Of a stretch of DNA of 64,000 nt, positions 21,601 to 33,325 are shown piece after piece. This DNA is from Paludibacteraceae bacterium. Its GTDB lineage: Bacteria > Bacteroidota > Bacteroidia > Bacteroidales > Paludibacteraceae. Made by a program: the position numbers and the translations under genes. The notes beneath the pieces are model-generated. The model ran no database searches. It was not told the DNA's origin and was given only the letters and a program-made list of their open reading frames with translations. The stretch's first letter is position 1; every line of letters starts with the position of its first letter. The stretch is from NCBI GenBank assembly GCA_045578255.1, contig JAZNJW010000003.1, positions 8,282-72,281 of the forward strand. Direction: 5' to 3'.

Positions 21601-22463
21601 ATTGGACGTCCGATTCTCATGTCAATGATTTGGTTAGTCGTTGTATCATGAATTACCTCGCCAAGAGCAAGGCGCTTGATGCGGAGCTGAAGCGTTCTAA
21701 GTTCAATCTTACTATTGGTGACGAGTTGCCGAATGGTATAGTTCAAATGGCCAAGGTATATATAGCTAAGCGTCGTAAGATCCGTGTAGGTGATAAGATG
21801 GCTGGTCGTCACGGCAACAAGGGTATTGTTAGTAAGATTGTGCGCGTAGAGGATATGCCTTTCTTGGCTGATGGTACGCCTGTAGATATAGTGTTGAATC
21901 CACTGGGTGTGCCTTCTCGTATGAACATTGGTCAGATCTTCGAGGCTGTGCTTGGTTGGGCAGGTCGCGAGTTGGGTGTTAAGTTTGCTACGCCTATTTT
22001 CGATGGCTGTACTTTGGATGATCTTAACGAGTGGACCGACAAAGCAGGTATCCCACGTGCGGGTAAAACCCAATTGTACGATGGTGGTACTGGCGAGGCG
22101 TTCGACCAAATGGCTACTGTGGGTGTAACCTATTTCATGAAGCTTGGTCACATGGTGGATGACAAGATGCATGCTCGTTCGATTGGTCCTTACAGTCTTA
22201 TCACTCAACAGCCACTTGGCGGTAAAGCGCAATTTGGTGGTCAACGTTTTGGTGAGATGGAAGTTTGGGCGCTTGAGGCACACGGTGCTGCGCACATTCT
22301 GCAAGAGATCTTGACCGTAAAATCCGATGATGTTACTGGTCGTGCTCGTACTTACGAGGCTATTGTTAAGGGCGAATCAATGCCTACACCAGGTTTGCCT
22401 GAATCACTCAATGTATTGTTGCATGAGTTACAAGGTCTGGGTCTATCAATTACAATGGAATAA
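18651..22463 (+). CDS. rpoB: DNA-directed RNA polymerase beta subunit
   Basis: 1270 aa with canonical blocks ([33 protein letters not shown]-like [21 protein letters not shown]). Confidence 0.99.
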   Translation: MAKQNKTQRINFSAMQKQMPYPDFLEIQLKSFHDFFQIDSTPEERHKEGLFKVFSESFPIADTRNNFVLEFLDYHIDHPRYSIEECLLRGLTYSVPLKAKLFLTCTDPDHEDFAPVMQDVFLGTIPYMTPKGTFVINGAERVIVSQLHRSPGVFFGTSMHSNGTKLYSARIIPFRGSWIEFATDINRVMYAYIDRKKKLPVTTLLRAIGFESDKEILNCFGLAEEIKCTKENLDAAVGRTLAGNVLKAWAEDFVDEETGEVVTIERNEVIIERETVLTEELCETIYESDVKTILLHKDEAYESEYSIIFNTLQKDPSHSEKEAVLYIYRQLRNSEPADDATAREVIQNLFFSDKRYDLGEVGRYRINRKLEMDTPMETRTLTKEDIIEIIKYLVQLINSNAEVDDIDHLSNRRVRTVGEQLYNQFGIGLARMARTIRERMNVRDTEVFTPTDLINAKAISSVINSYFGTNALSQFMDQQNPLAEITHKRRMSALGPGGLSRDRAGFEVRDVHYTHYGRLCPIETPEGPNIGLISSLCIYAKINNLGFIETPYRKADNGVVDLDNDHVVYMTAEDEEKSTVAQGNAPLDKDGKFIRNKVKARYEADFPVVAPDQIDLMDVSPSQIASIAAALIPFLEHDDANRALMGSNMMRQAVPLLRNEAPIVGTGIEGQLIQDSRTQIVAEGEGVVTYVDADQIRIKYDRTKEEDFISFESSEKEYKLPKFQRTNQNTTIDLRPIVRKGDKVTKGQILSEGYATENGELALGKNLKVAYIPWKGYNYEDAIVLSERIVREDMFTSVHVVEQLLEVRETKRGVEEFTSDIPNVSEESTKDLDENGIIRVGAYVSPGDILIGKITPKGESDPSPEEKLLKAIFGDKAGDVKDASLKASPSLSGVVIAKNLYKKAQKDRRQKLEDKELMSQLDASYSLKSSELHSLLVNKLVSLLHDQVSLGVTDHVHSDIIPRGVPFSASVLDGIDYTSVMLSNWTSDSHVNDLVSRCIMNYLAKSKALDAELKRSKFNLTIGDELPNGIVQMAKVYIAKRRKIRVGDKMAGRHGNKGIVSKIVRVEDMPFLADGTPVDIVLNPLGVPSRMNIGQIFEAVLGWAGRELGVKFATPIFDGCTLDDLNEWTDKAGIPRAGKTQLYDGGTGEAFDQMATVGVTYFMKLGHMVDDKMHARSIGPYSLITQQPLGGKAQFGGQRFGEMEVWALEAHGAAHILQEILTVKSDDVTGRARTYEAIVKGESMPTPGLPESLNVLLHELQGLGLSITME

Positions 22464-22475
22464 AATTCAAGAATT

Positions 22476-25400
22476 ATGGCTTTCAAACAAGATAATAAGA
22501 AAAACGGATTTTCCCGTATCTCTATTGGCCTAGCATCGCCAGATGAGATCATGCGTATCAGTTCGGGTGAGGTACTCAAACCTGAGACAATCAACTATCG
22601 TACCTACAAACCTGAGCGCGATGGCCTATTCTGCGAACGCATCTTCGGTCCTACCAAGGATTATGAGTGCCACTGCGGTAAATACAAACGTATTCGCTAC
22701 AAGGGGATTGTATGCGAGCGTTGTGGTGTGGAGGTTACTGAAAAGAAAGTGCGCCGTGAGCGCATGGGACATATCAAATTAGTGGTCCCTGTTACTCACA
22801 TCTGGTACTTGCGTTCATTGCCATCAAAGATGGCTGCGCTCTTAGGTGTACCTACCAAGAAGTTGGATTCAGTTGTTTACTACGAGAAGTATATAGTGCT
22901 ACGTGCAGGTGTCTTGGCAGGTCAAGAGATTGATGACGAGATAGTAGAGGATAAGATGTTGCTCGAGGATGATCAATATGCAGAATTGATGGAACGTTTG
23001 GCAAAGATTAGTCCTGATAATCAAATGCTTGATGATGATGATCCTGATAAGTTCATCGCTAAGATGGGTGCTGAGGCTATTGAGGAGTTGTTGATGGGAC
23101 TCGATTTGGATGCACTGAGTTATGAGTTGCGTGATCGTGCCAACAGCGATGGTTCGCAACAACGCAAAGCTGATGCACTAAAGCGTCTCCAAGTGGTGGA
23201 GAATTTCCGCGCGAGCAAAGGCAAGAACCGTCCAGAGTGGATGGTATTGCGTGTGGTGCCTGTTACGCCTCCTGAGTTGCGTCCGCTTGTGCCACTAGAT
23301 GGTGGACGTTTCGCTACTTCCGACCTCAATGACCTCTATCGTCGTGTAATCATTCGTAATAACCGTCTCAAACGCCTTGTAGAAATCAAGGCTCCAGACG
23401 TAATCTTGCGCAATGAAAAACGTATGTTGCAAGAGGCTGTTGATTCGCTTTTCGATAATAGTAAGAAAACCACAGCTATCAAGTCAGATGCTAACCGTCC
23501 ATTGAAATCTTTGTCTGATTCACTCAAAGGTAAACAAGGACGTTTCCGTCAGAACTTGCTAGGTAAGCGTGTGGATTATTCTGCACGTTCTGTTATTGTC
23601 GTAGGTCCTGAGTTGAAGATGCACGAGTGCGGTCTGCCAAAAGATATGGCTGCTGAGCTCTACAAACCATTTATTATTCGCAAACTCATTGAACGTGGTG
23701 TGGTTAAAACGGTGAAATCGGCTAAGAAGATCATCGACCGTAAGGAGCCTATTATCTTCGATATCCTTGAGCATGTAATGAAGGGACACCCTGTATTACT
23801 GAACCGTGCTCCTACTTTGCACCGCCACGGAATATTGGCTTTCCAACCTCGTATGATTGAGGGTAAAGCTATCCAGTTGCACCCACTTGCTTGTGCTGGT
23901 TTCAACGCTGACTTTGATGGTGACCAGATGGCTGTGCACTTGCCACTCTCTCACGAGGCTATCCTTGAGGCGCAACTCCTCATGCTCGGTTCGCACAATA
24001 TCCTTGACCCAGCTAACGGTAATCCTATCACTGTACCATCGCAGGATATGATTCTTGGTCTATACTATATTACTAAGGAACGTACAGGTGCGAAAGGCGA
24101 AGGATTAACTTTCTACTCTCCAGAGGAGTGCGAGATTGCACTCAACGAAGGCAAAGTGGATATCCATGCATTGGTAAAAGTGCGTATCAAAGACCAACGT
24201 ACAGGCGAGACTTCTATTGTAGAGACCACTCCGGGACGTGTAATAGTCAACTATTATGTACCCAACGAGGTAGGTTATAAGAACGTTACACTTGGCAAGA
24301 AAGCCGTTAAGGAGATTATTACAGATGTTATCAAGACTTGTGGTGTGGCTCGCACAGCACTTTTCTTGGATGAGATCAAGGACCTCGGTTATAAGATGGC
24401 TTTCAAGGGTGGATTAAGTTTCAACCTCAACGATATCCTTATCCCAGAGGAGAAAACTGAATTTGTGGCTAAGGGTAACCAAGTCGTTGAGGAGGTAACG
24501 GGGCTTTATATGGAAGGTTTGATGACTGACAACGAGCGTTATAACAAGGTTGTTGCTGCATGGGGTGAAGTTGATGCACAAGTCACCAACGTGCTGATGA
24601 AACATATGAAAGAGGCAGATCAAGGATTCAACTCTGTGTTTATGATGATGGATTCTGGTGCCCGTGGCTCTAAACAACAGATTAAGCAGTTAGCTGGTAT
24701 GCGTGGTCTGATGGCTAAACCACAGAAAGCAGGTGTGGCAGATAGCCGTCAAACAATTGAGAACCCTATTCTCTCCAACTTTAAAGAGGGTCTAAGTGTG
24801 CTTGAGTACTTTATCTCTACCCACGGTGCGCGTAAGGGTCTGGCGGATACTGCGTTGAAGACTGCCGATGCAGGTTATTTGACTCGTCGTCTGGTTGACG
24901 TTTCACACGATGTGATCATTACAGAGGAGGACTGCGGTACATTGCGTGGTTTGACTGCTAAGGCTATCAAGCAAAATGATAACGTAGTGGCTACTCTCAC
25001 CCAACGTATCTTAGGACGTGTTAGTGTTCACGATATTTACGACATGGATGGCAACCTCATCGTGGCTTCTGGCGAAGAGATTCGCGAGGCAGCATGTCAA
25101 GCTATTGAAGAGGCTGGTATTGAGTCTGTTGAGATTCGTTCGGTACTTACTTGTGAGGCTAAGCATGGTGTGTGCGCGAAGTGCTATGGACGTAACTTGG
25201 CTACTCGTCGAATGGTGCAAAAAGGTGAGGCTGTGGGCGTGATTGCTGCACAAGCTATTGGTGAGCCAGGTACGCAGCTTACGCTTCGTACTTTCCACTC
25301 GGGTGGTGTTGCTGGCAATGCTGCTACACAAAACACCTATGCTCTCACACAAAATGGTCGTATCGAAATTGACGATTTGCGTCTAATCACTACTGAAGAA

Positions 25401-26774
25401 GGTGAAGTGATTGTAGTAAGTCGTTTGAATGAGATGCGTCTTGTGGATGTGAATACGGGTGTAGTGCTTACAACCTTTAATATCCCTTATGCTTCAAAGC
25501 TCTTTGTTACTCCAGGTGAGGTGTATGAGAAAGGCACCAAGGTATGCGAGTGGGATCCTTATAAAGCTACATTGATTATTGAGCAAGCTGGTCGCCTCGA
25601 ATACCAAGACGTTATTGAAGGCGTAACGTGTAAGACAGAAGTCGATGAGCAAACAGGCAAGAAAGAGGTGTCTATTATCGAAACCAAAGACAAAACGAAG
25701 ATGCCATCTGCGCATATAGTGGATGCAGAGGGTAATTATTTGCGTACATATAACTTGCCAGTCAAAGCCTTGTTGGTTTATCCTGATGGTACCGATGTTA
25801 AGGTAGGTGACTCATTGTTCACACAAACCCGTTCTTTCGGTACTGCAGGCGATATTACTGGAGGTCTTCCACGTGTTACTGAGCTCTTCGAGGCACGTAA
25901 CCCATCCAACCCTGCTATTGTGGCAGAGATCGATGGTGAGGTTAGCTTCGGTCGCGTAAAACGCGGTAATCGTGAGTTGTCTATTACTAGCAAACTGGGT
26001 GAAGTTAAGTCATATCTCATTCCGCTTGGCAAGCAGATCCTCGTACAGGAAGGTGATTATGTACGTGCCGGTGTGGCATTGTCTGATGGCGCTATCACAC
26101 CTAACGATATCCTAGCTATCCAAGGTCCTACTGCTGTGCAAGACTATATCGTCAACGAGGCACAATCTGTATACCGTATGCAAGGTGTGGAAATCAACGA
26201 TAAACACTTCGAAATCATTGTACGCCAAATGATGCGCAAGGTGGAGATTCAAGAAGCAGGTGATACACGTTATCTCGAGAAACAAATCGTTGATAAGCGC
26301 GACTTCTTGGAGGAGAACGATCGTATCTGGGGTAAGAAAGTTATTACAGATGCAGGTGAGAGTGAGACCTTAAAAGCTGGTCAGATTGTTACCGCCCGTC
26401 GTCTACATGATGAAAATTCTACACTCCGTCGTAAGGATAAGAAACTCGTACAAGCTCGCGAAGCTACTTGTGCTACAGCTAGTCAAATCTTGCAAGGTAT
26501 CACACGTGCTGCCTTAGGTACAAAGTCTTTCATGTCTGCAGCATCTTTCCAAGAGACCACTAAGGTTTTGAACGAGGCTGCTATCCAAGGCAAAGTAGAT
26601 TACTTAGAGGGTATGAAAGAGAACGTTATCTGCGGTAATTTGATTCCAGCAGGTACAGGCTTGCGTGAGTTCCAAAACTTGTCGGTTCACAATGCTGAGG
26701 AGTACGCTGCTATCCAAGCAGCTCGCGCTGCAGCAGCAGAAGCACACTTGCGTAGCCAAGAGTTAGATTTCTAA
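22476..26774 (+). CDS. rpoC: DNA-directed RNA polymerase beta' subunit
   Basis: 1432 aa with the zinc motif [16 protein letters not shown] and catalytic [12 protein letters not shown]. Confidence 0.99.
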   Translation: MAFKQDNKKNGFSRISIGLASPDEIMRISSGEVLKPETINYRTYKPERDGLFCERIFGPTKDYECHCGKYKRIRYKGIVCERCGVEVTEKKVRRERMGHIKLVVPVTHIWYLRSLPSKMAALLGVPTKKLDSVVYYEKYIVLRAGVLAGQEIDDEIVEDKMLLEDDQYAELMERLAKISPDNQMLDDDDPDKFIAKMGAEAIEELLMGLDLDALSYELRDRANSDGSQQRKADALKRLQVVENFRASKGKNRPEWMVLRVVPVTPPELRPLVPLDGGRFATSDLNDLYRRVIIRNNRLKRLVEIKAPDVILRNEKRMLQEAVDSLFDNSKKTTAIKSDANRPLKSLSDSLKGKQGRFRQNLLGKRVDYSARSVIVVGPELKMHECGLPKDMAAELYKPFIIRKLIERGVVKTVKSAKKIIDRKEPIIFDILEHVMKGHPVLLNRAPTLHRHGILAFQPRMIEGKAIQLHPLACAGFNADFDGDQMAVHLPLSHEAILEAQLLMLGSHNILDPANGNPITVPSQDMILGLYYITKERTGAKGEGLTFYSPEECEIALNEGKVDIHALVKVRIKDQRTGETSIVETTPGRVIVNYYVPNEVGYKNVTLGKKAVKEIITDVIKTCGVARTALFLDEIKDLGYKMAFKGGLSFNLNDILIPEEKTEFVAKGNQVVEEVTGLYMEGLMTDNERYNKVVAAWGEVDAQVTNVLMKHMKEADQGFNSVFMMMDSGARGSKQQIKQLAGMRGLMAKPQKAGVADSRQTIENPILSNFKEGLSVLEYFISTHGARKGLADTALKTADAGYLTRRLVDVSHDVIITEEDCGTLRGLTAKAIKQNDNVVATLTQRILGRVSVHDIYDMDGNLIVASGEEIREAACQAIEEAGIESVEIRSVLTCEAKHGVCAKCYGRNLATRRMVQKGEAVGVIAAQAIGEPGTQLTLRTFHSGGVAGNAATQNTYALTQNGRIEIDDLRLITTEEGEVIVVSRLNEMRLVDVNTGVVLTTFNIPYASKLFVTPGEVYEKGTKVCEWDPYKATLIIEQAGRLEYQDVIEGVTCKTEVDEQTGKKEVSIIETKDKTKMPSAHIVDAEGNYLRTYNLPVKALLVYPDGTDVKVGDSLFTQTRSFGTAGDITGGLPRVTELFEARNPSNPAIVAEIDGEVSFGRVKRGNRELSITSKLGEVKSYLIPLGKQILVQEGDYVRAGVALSDGAITPNDILAIQGPTAVQDYIVNEAQSVYRMQGVEINDKHFEIIVRQMMRKVEIQEAGDTRYLEKQIVDKRDFLEENDRIWGKKVITDAGESETLKAGQIVTARRLHDENSTLRRKDKKLVQAREATCATASQILQGITRAALGTKSFMSAASFQETTKVLNEAAIQGKVDYLEGMKENVICGNLIPAGTGLREFQNLSVHNAEEYAAIQAARAAAAEAHLRSQELDF

Positions 26775-26791
26775 AAATCGCTGTATAAACG

Positions 26792-26823
26792 AAAAAACCA
26801 CGCTCTCAAAGCGTGGTTTTTTT
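26792..26823 (+). terminator. Rho-independent terminator after rpoC
   Basis: AAAAAACCACGC-loop-GCGTGGTTTTTTT. Confidence 0.85.
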
Positions 26824-26950
26824 GTGTTTAAATGTCATTCTATTTAAGATTTTCAACGTCATTATCCTTTTTGATTGATTATTTTTTTTATATTTGTGAT
26901 GTTTTTTTTGAAAAATATACGTTTTATTTGGAAGATTAAGAAAAAAGTAC

Positions 26951-26958
26951 TACCTTTG
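26951..26958 (+). promoter_or_regulatory. -7 box TACCTTTG of the AraC-family gene, embedded in an 11-bp inverted repeat (26941-26951 / 26969-26979)
   Basis: Exact TAnnTTTG match. AAAAAAGTACT ... AGTACTTTTTT flank the box and the predicted transcription start. Confidence 0.6.
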
Positions 26959-26981
26959 CAAGCAAATAAGTACTTTTTTTT

Positions 26982-27824
26982 ATGCTAAACGAAAAAATAC
27001 CTCTCATTGATTGTCCTATTGACTATATCTTCGGCGAAGCAAGCGGAAAAATCTTGAATGAATATGGCAGATTCCCTTGCAAAATCCAATGTGCTGTATA
27101 TGCATATATGGTCAAAGGAAATGCCAGAGCTACATTGGATATTACCAAATATGAAGTCAAAGAAAATGATCTCATCTATGTGAAACCAGGTAGTTTCCTT
27201 CTAGTGCATGACTTTAGCGAAGATGCCCAGCTGAAGTATATCGTTTTTGCATCTTCTTTTGTAGAAAGAAATGCTTATGGCACCCGCCGTTTCTCGTTGC
27301 CTAACCAATCCCTTCAACCAATTCTACCCCTTAATGGCGAACAAAGAGAAGTGGTGACTGTATTCTCTTCACTGCTTGATAAAGCGATCAACTGCACTCC
27401 CTGTATGCTCAATGTGGATGCAATGGTGCATATCTTTAACCTCATACAGCAGACCTTCTACGAACTTTATGTGGATAATGAAGATAAACAATCTCGTGCT
27501 ATAGATCGTAAGACACAAATATTCAAAGAGTTTAGCGATCTCGTCTTGCAACATTACCACGAGTGGCATCATGTGGCAGATTATGCGAATGCGCTATGTG
27601 TCACAGTGCCTCACTTATGCTCTACCATCAAAGCAGCCAGCCAACGTACAGCAGGTGATATCATTGTTGATGCGATACTGATGGATGCCAAAGCTCAGCT
27701 GAAAATCACAAATGCTCCTATCAAAGAGATAGCCCTGAATCTGGGTTTTGATAACGTGGCATTCTTTAACCGCTTCTTCAAAGGGCATGTGGGCGTTACA
27801 CCCAAAGCCTACCGCATGGAGTAG
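26982..27824 (+). CDS. AraC-family transcriptional regulator
   Basis: C-terminal double HTH (ALNLGFDNVAFFNRFFKGHVGVTPKAYR) and an N-terminal cupin-like domain. Confidence 0.85.
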   Translation: MLNEKIPLIDCPIDYIFGEASGKILNEYGRFPCKIQCAVYAYMVKGNARATLDITKYEVKENDLIYVKPGSFLLVHDFSEDAQLKYIVFASSFVERNAYGTRRFSLPNQSLQPILPLNGEQREVVTVFSSLLDKAINCTPCMLNVDAMVHIFNLIQQTFYELYVDNEDKQSRAIDRKTQIFKEFSDLVLQHYHEWHHVADYANALCVTVPHLCSTIKAASQRTAGDIIVDAILMDAKAQLKITNAPIKEIALNLGFDNVAFFNRFFKGHVGVTPKAYRME

Positions 27825-27826
27825 GA

Positions 27827-30286
27827 CTACATTCCTAAATGCAAACGAAAACGAAGACCCCACCATGGTGCATGAGCATCATGCCAGTGCGTCAAACGGA
27901 ATACTCCGTACACTTCACCAATACGCAAGATATTACCCAACCCCACACCTACTTCTACGTAGGGAACGGTGGGAGCCGATAAGAGGGAGTAGGCTGATGC
28001 CTGCTCCGCTTTGTAATCACTTAGATGAGGAAAAGCTAATACCTGTGCATGTTTTTCGTGCAAAGAACCATACGCTACTTTTACCTCTACCAACTCACGC
28101 AACCGCAAATAACGGATACCTGGCACACGATTCAATAGCAATCCATTTCCATCCCATTGCGCATGTACCGATACATAACGGTCAGCTGCATACTGATAGG
28201 TATTCATCAACGTGAAACGCTGCGCATCCAATGTATATGAGGGGTTACCAGCAAAAATATGCAACAACGGATACGGCACATTACCAAAAATCATACCCGC
28301 TTCCAGCAGATAATTCAAATTACCAGCTATACCTAAATTTACTTTTTGACGTACTATCAAACGCAAATTACCATACATGCGATAACGAGGCATGTCTGCT
28401 AACTGATAACTACCTAATTCTGCACCTAAATACACCACAGGCAAATGATTGTAGATATGACGCCGATGAAAATAACTATCTATTTTGCGTTCATGAAAGC
28501 TAATGCGCGCAGATGCACCCAATGTGGAATAGAAAAATGATTTTTGCCCCATATAATCACGCGAAGCAGTTCCATAACCCATACGACCAATCTTCAGGTA
28601 TGCTTGTGTTTCTAAAAACGAATTCCATTCATCCTCAAAATGCATCCTCGCTTCACGACGACGCACCATTGTATTGTAGTAGAACGGCTTGTTGAAAGGT
28701 GCACCTCGCAGCAACTCCGTGATGAGGTTGATCTGTGGGTTGAAGACTTGATTCTCGCGTATATACTCCTGAAAATCATTCACATCCGAATAGACGTAGT
28801 GGTCTCCATACCGCACCTGAATAGTATGTCTCTTTTGGGTAGGCAAAGCGATATTCATTTCGCCCATACCTTTGCACGCTCTGTCACCCGTTGCGAACGA
28901 TATATATCCACCCAATGATACACGCTGCCACAACATCTCCGTCGTACGCAAAGGTAAGGCCATACGCCATCCTTCAACTTGATTGTACTTTAGCAACTCA
29001 TTCACCTTGCCGATTTCGATATACTTACCCGTCGGTATATAACCCGTTTGCAGTACATACGCCACGAATTTAGCCGTTCTAAATAATGGCGTGTTACTCA
29101 GGCTATCCATTGCACTGACTATAGGGCTATTGTGCGATGAGGCGATGAGGCGATGAGGCGATGGAGATATAGAGTGATGAGGAAAGGAAGTGTTACGGGT
29201 GATGAGAAGGGTAGGAAAGATATGTGAAGTGTCGGTCTTAATAGCAAAATCCAATAACAACGATAGGCGTTCATTTACGAGGTGATTACACTGTGTAAAA
29301 TTTTGATGGATAGTTAGTTGTCGCAAGAAATTGATATTGGTCTGGGATGGTACAGTGGCTTTTATGCTACGCAACGCATAGGTGGCAGAATCGATAGCCA
29401 TCTCGCCATTGAAAGTGGCATAAAAAGCATTCTTCGTGCGGAAATGTACCAGATAATGTTTCTCATTGCCCACCTGCATGCTGTCCGCTAGATAATAGTT
29501 GTAATACGAATTGCCCGCAGCGGCCAATGGACTAAGTAAGGAAGTTGATAAGATTTGGATATGGTTGTTGTAGAAATCACAAGTCGATTGCAAATCGTTG
29601 AGCAGGATATTGTAGTCGGTAGTGGTGAGCAAGGTGGCTTGTTCTTCGACTTGTTGCTCTTTTTTTCTTCGCCAGTACAACGGGATAAGATATGTGGAGT
29701 CTTCTGCTTGCAGCATACCTGTTTGCAGACTTTTCCATAGAGTTTTTCGCAGGTGTTTAGGCTGGATATCCGACACGTAGCAAGACAAATTTTGATGTGC
29801 CTGATCCAACATAGTAGTTTGTTGGTTGGCTTGTCGATGTTTGCGCACCTCATCCATAAGCGGTAGAGCAGGATTAACCCCAGGATAGACAAACACATCT
29901 GCTAGACTACTCACTTTCTCGCGCAAAGCAATATCTATACCAACTTGCTGTCCCACTTCGATACGAAAACGTTCGGTGTGATACCCCACAGCGGACACTA
30001 TCAAAGTATGTGCCCGGTCCACTTGTCCGCGCAAAAGAAACATGCCTTCGGCATTGCTTATTGTGCCGATGTCTGTGCCCTGCAAATAGACATTCACATT
30101 GGGTAGTGGCCGACCATTGGCTGCATCATATATATCGCCTATGATGATAGTTTCTCGCTGTTCACCTTTCATCTCATGCTGTTTACCCAAAGGATTTGCT
30201 GGTTGTTGGGGTGCTCTCACGTTCGTGCTCCATGCATTACTTGTTGTACAGCAAAGAGCAAACAATATGTATATCAGCCGTTTCAT
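27827..30286 (-). CDS. Outer-membrane protein with N-terminal carboxypeptidase-regulatory-like domain (DUF5686-like)
   Basis: Signal peptide. GDIYDAANGRPLPNVNVYLQGTDIGTISNAEGMFLL is a CarboxypepD_reg-like module. Long Tyr/Gly/aromatic-rich C-terminal barrel-like region. Confidence 0.7.
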   Translation of the reverse strand: MKRLIYILFALCCTTSNAWSTNVRAPQQPANPLGKQHEMKGEQRETIIIGDIYDAANGRPLPNVNVYLQGTDIGTISNAEGMFLLRGQVDRAHTLIVSAVGYHTERFRIEVGQQVGIDIALREKVSSLADVFVYPGVNPALPLMDEVRKHRQANQQTTMLDQAHQNLSCYVSDIQPKHLRKTLWKSLQTGMLQAEDSTYLIPLYWRRKKEQQVEEQATLLTTTDYNILLNDLQSTCDFYNNHIQILSTSLLSPLAAAGNSYYNYYLADSMQVGNEKHYLVHFRTKNAFYATFNGEMAIDSATYALRSIKATVPSQTNINFLRQLTIHQNFTQCNHLVNERLSLLLDFAIKTDTSHIFPTLLITRNTSFPHHSISPSPHRLIASSHNSPIVSAMDSLSNTPLFRTAKFVAYVLQTGYIPTGKYIEIGKVNELLKYNQVEGWRMALPLRTTEMLWQRVSLGGYISFATGDRACKGMGEMNIALPTQKRHTIQVRYGDHYVYSDVNDFQEYIRENQVFNPQINLITELLRGAPFNKPFYYNTMVRRREARMHFEDEWNSFLETQAYLKIGRMGYGTASRDYMGQKSFFYSTLGASARISFHERKIDSYFHRRHIYNHLPVVYLGAELGSYQLADMPRYRMYGNLRLIVRQKVNLGIAGNLNYLLEAGMIFGNVPYPLLHIFAGNPSYTLDAQRFTLMNTYQYAADRYVSVHAQWDGNGLLLNRVPGIRYLRLRELVEVKVAYGSLHEKHAQVLAFPHLSDYKAEQASAYSLLSAPTVPYVEVGVGLGNILRIGEVYGVFRLTHWHDAHAPWWGLRFRLHLGM
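29134..29165. repeat. 8-bp tandem repeat GCGATGAG x4 (last copy GCGATGGA) inside the outer-membrane protein CDS
   Basis: Read directly: gcgatgag gcgatgag gcgatgag gcgatgga. Encodes part of ..SPSPHRLIASSH.. on the minus strand. Confidence 0.9.
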
Positions 30287-31164
30287 CTATTTTCGGGATG
30301 GTATTTCAGTACAGCTTCGCGAAGGTCGTGAATATTGATATGAGTGTAGATCTCAGTGGTCACAATTGATTCGTGTCCCAGCAGTTGTTGGATAATACGC
30401 AGGTCAGCACCGTTCTGCAATAAATGGGTAGCAAACGAGTGGCGTAGGGTGTGAGGGGAAATGGTCTTGGTGATACCCGCGTCTTTTGCAAGGGTCTTGA
30501 CAATGGTGAAAATCATAGCCCGTGTCAGTTGCCGCCCGTGACGATTGAGAAAAGCAATATCGCTGGCTTCGGGCTTAATGTCCAATCGAATACGGTCTTC
30601 TAACCAATAGCCAAATTGCTTATCAGCTTCGGGAGAGATAGGTACTAATCGTTGTTTGCTGCCTTTACCCATGATGCGCATATACCCCTCTTGACGATAT
30701 ATATTGCTCATTCTGAGATCGGTGAGTTCGCTCACACGCAAACCACTGCCATACAACATCTCAATGATAGCACGATTGCGATGCCCCTCTGCTTTTGACA
30801 TGTCAATCTGCGCAATCATAGCATCAATTTCTTCCAGACTAAGTACCTCTGGCAGGTGCTTCTCTATACGTGGCATCTCTAATAGTTCTGAAGGGTCTTG
30901 CTCAATATAGTGATGATAGAGTAAAAAACGATAAAATGAGTGAATACTAGACAACAGGCGTGCCTGCGTTTTGGCACTATGAATGGTCTTGAAGGTTTGA
31001 AAAACAAAGTCTTGCAGATCATCGAACTGGGCATGTACCACATTGATATGGTGTTCATCCATATAGGCTTTCAAGCGTTTGAAATCCATTTCGTACGCCG
31101 TCACGGAGTTGTTGCTCAAACCACGCTCCAACTTCAGATAGGTATGGTATTCGCGTTCAATCAT
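30283..31164 (-). CDS. xerD: Tyrosine recombinase XerD
   Basis: YLKLERGLSNNSVTAYEMDFKRL N-terminus and catalytic HTLRHSFATHLL..LLGHESIVTTEIYTH. The start at 31164 (MIEREY..) gives an ATGA overlap with the upstream stop. The ORF-track start at 31203 is less likely. Confidence 0.85.
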   Translation of the reverse strand: MIEREYHTYLKLERGLSNNSVTAYEMDFKRLKAYMDEHHINVVHAQFDDLQDFVFQTFKTIHSAKTQARLLSSIHSFYRFLLYHHYIEQDPSELLEMPRIEKHLPEVLSLEEIDAMIAQIDMSKAEGHRNRAIIEMLYGSGLRVSELTDLRMSNIYRQEGYMRIMGKGSKQRLVPISPEADKQFGYWLEDRIRLDIKPEASDIAFLNRHGRQLTRAMIFTIVKTLAKDAGITKTISPHTLRHSFATHLLQNGADLRIIQQLLGHESIVTTEIYTHINIHDLREAVLKYHPENR

Positions 31165-31712
31165 CTGTAGATAGCGGCTCCACGATAGGTGGCATGATAG
31201 CATTCAGTGTGTGTGGAATCGGTGTAAAGGATAATATCCAAACAAATAAGATCTTCGTCGTGTTGCACAGTCATTTCTCCATCCGTAAACCCAATGATGC
31301 GACGTATCTTGTCGGTGTTGATATCCAGCAGATAGGTACCTGTGATTTCGCCTTCGAAGTCAAGATAGGGCAAGAACGTATAGGGTTGTGCGGTGGTATC
31401 CATGCGATACGTACCATCTTGTAAAGTTGATACATGGCTGGGCAAGAACACATCTGATAGATAGAGATTATATCCCGTGCCACTGATGTGATATGCCGAA
31501 TCAAATGCTAATCCGTTGGACAGCAGGTCCAGTGAAAAGACTTGGTAATCTAATCCAGGATAATACTGTTGATGCCATTGCAAATCGGCTTCTATAAACA
31601 CACTGTCGCAGCTACTCAAGCTATGCTCTATATCGGAGTTGTTGCCATTGGAATGACATGCCGCAAAGAACAACAGGACTAAGGCAAGTAATATGAATTT
31701 AATTATTCTCAT
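31161..31712 (-). CDS. Hypothetical lipoprotein
   Basis: Lipobox LLFFAAC. Overlaps both neighbouring genes in the rbfA-lolE-like-xerD run. Confidence 0.6.
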   Translation of the reverse strand: MRIIKFILLALVLLFFAACHSNGNNSDIEHSLSSCDSVFIEADLQWHQQYYPGLDYQVFSLDLLSNGLAFDSAYHISGTGYNLYLSDVFLPSHVSTLQDGTYRMDTTAQPYTFLPYLDFEGEITGTYLLDINTDKIRRIIGFTDGEMTVQHDEDLICLDIILYTDSTHTECYHATYRGAAIYR

Positions 31713-32925
31713 GTTGAATCGAAATTTGTCTTGCAGGAATCCATGCGGCTAGCGCGCCTAATGCCAATACGATACATGCTATTAGTGCAATATCGGATGC
31801 TTGTACGGTCACAGGATATGCTGAGATGATATATTCGGTACCGCTACCCAACTTGAGAATTCCAAAATGCTCTTGTATTAAACAAACTACAAGTCCAGTC
31901 GCCAAGCCAATCATGGATCCCAGTGCAGAGATCATCCATCCCTCGAAGAGGAAGATACGATGAATCATTTGTTGGTTGGCACCAAGATAACTTAATGTGT
32001 GGATATCTACTTTCTTGTCAATGACCAGCATTGATAGTGAACCGATGATATTAAACGATGCAATCAGCAAGATGAAGATCAATAGCAGTGCGGTCAGCAG
32101 TTTTTCAATGCGCAGGATGCGGAAGAAGTCTTCCTGTTGTTCGTAGCGGTCAAGTACGGAATAAGCATCACCTAAGAGTTGTTGTATCTGTTTTTTTACA
32201 TGTCGCACAGAAGCATTAGGAGCCACCTTCACGCACAAGGCACTTACTTCATCTTGCTCATATTCCAGCAATCGGCGTGTGAGATTGATATCCACTAGCA
32301 TCAGTTCATCATCGTATTGGGCTTGTTGCACTGCAAACGTACCTGCGATATAGCATACTTCATCATTGAAGGCTTGGTCTGGACGTAGCAGATTCACTCT
32401 GGCTGTTCGTTTGGGAGCATACAAATGGAGCGGATTGATAAATCGCGCACCGATACCCATTTGCCAAGCTAGTCCTCTGCCGAGCACAGCGCGGTCGAAT
32501 GCTCCGTCATGTACCTGATAATAACCATCTGTGATGATATCCTCGATACGAGTGAGTGTTGAGAATGCTGAATCTACTCCTTGTAGCCGCACAGGCATCT
32601 GTTTGCTTTCGAATTGTAGCAAGGCTGTTTCTTGGATTATTTGGCTGACCAGTTGTATGTCGGGCATGGTGTGAATTTCTTTGAAAGCCTCGCCTGTGAT
32701 ATGAAAGGATTTTCCGGTAGTGGCTTCTATACGAATGTCAGGGTCGAATTGAGAAAACATCTGCTCTACCATGGTGCCAAAGCCATTCATCACGCTCAGT
32801 ACGCACACCATAGCCGCTGTCACGACGCCTATTGCTGCGGCGCTGACACCTGAGATGATGTGGATAGCGTTGTACTGCTTCTTAGCAAACAAGTATCGCC
32901 ATGCTATTTTCAGTTCCGTTCTCAC
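31699..32925 (-). CDS. ABC transporter permease, FtsX/LolC-LolE family
   Basis: N-terminal TM helix, large periplasmic MacB-like domain and a C-terminal FtsX-type 3-TM bundle. 408 aa. Confidence 0.8.
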   Translation of the reverse strand: MRTELKIAWRYLFAKKQYNAIHIISGVSAAAIGVVTAAMVCVLSVMNGFGTMVEQMFSQFDPDIRIEATTGKSFHITGEAFKEIHTMPDIQLVSQIIQETALLQFESKQMPVRLQGVDSAFSTLTRIEDIITDGYYQVHDGAFDRAVLGRGLAWQMGIGARFINPLHLYAPKRTARVNLLRPDQAFNDEVCYIAGTFAVQQAQYDDELMLVDINLTRRLLEYEQDEVSALCVKVAPNASVRHVKKQIQQLLGDAYSVLDRYEQQEDFFRILRIEKLLTALLLIFILLIASFNIIGSLSMLVIDKKVDIHTLSYLGANQQMIHRIFLFEGWMISALGSMIGLATGLVVCLIQEHFGILKLGSGTEYIISAYPVTVQASDIALIACIVLALGALAAWIPARQISIQHENN

Positions 32926-32935
32926 CTTTCCGTTT

Positions 32936-33277
32936 TTACTTTTCTCTTTTCAGCAGTTCATCAATGCGTTCCATACGATTGATAGTCTCGTCGAGGTGGA
33001 AATGCAATTCTGGGATGACGCGTAATTGGTGACGCTCCAATCGACCGAGTTCGCCGCGTATCTTGCCTGTGTCCTCTTGCACTTGCTCGATAGTTGTGCT
33101 AACTTTGTCTTGTGGGAAAATACTAAGGTATGCGTGTGCGATACTCAAGTCTGGCGATATACGAACTTCGCTGACGGATATCAGCGTTCCGCGCAGTGTG
33201 CGCGCGTACCTTAAAAATATATCGCTCAAATCTTTCTGAATTAAGCGCTCAATCTTCTGTTGTCTTGTTGATTCCAT
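32936..33277 (-). CDS. rbfA: Ribosome-binding factor A
   Basis: RQQKIERLIQKDLSDIF...ISVSEVRISPDLSIAHAYLSIF is the RbfA signature. Confidence 0.9.
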   Translation of the reverse strand: MESTRQQKIERLIQKDLSDIFLRYARTLRGTLISVSEVRISPDLSIAHAYLSIFPQDKVSTTIEQVQEDTGKIRGELGRLERHQLRVIPELHFHLDETINRMERIDELLKREK

Positions 33278-33325
33278 ATTCTTTTTGTCTATAAACTCTA
33301 AAATCTAAACCAATCAACGCAATAA

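Noticed and set aside
21594-22304. 236-aa minus-strand ORF inside rpoB, and similar long antisense ORFs (41115-41846 and 41704-42506 inside DPP III, 48014-48889 opposite the phosphorylase, 11254-11772 opposite the kinase, 3015-3629 inside the LRR gene)
   Set aside because: They lie entirely opposite strongly recognisable conserved genes. Their composition is low-complexity or Cys/His/Thr-rich and they lack promoters. These are typical shadow ORFs.
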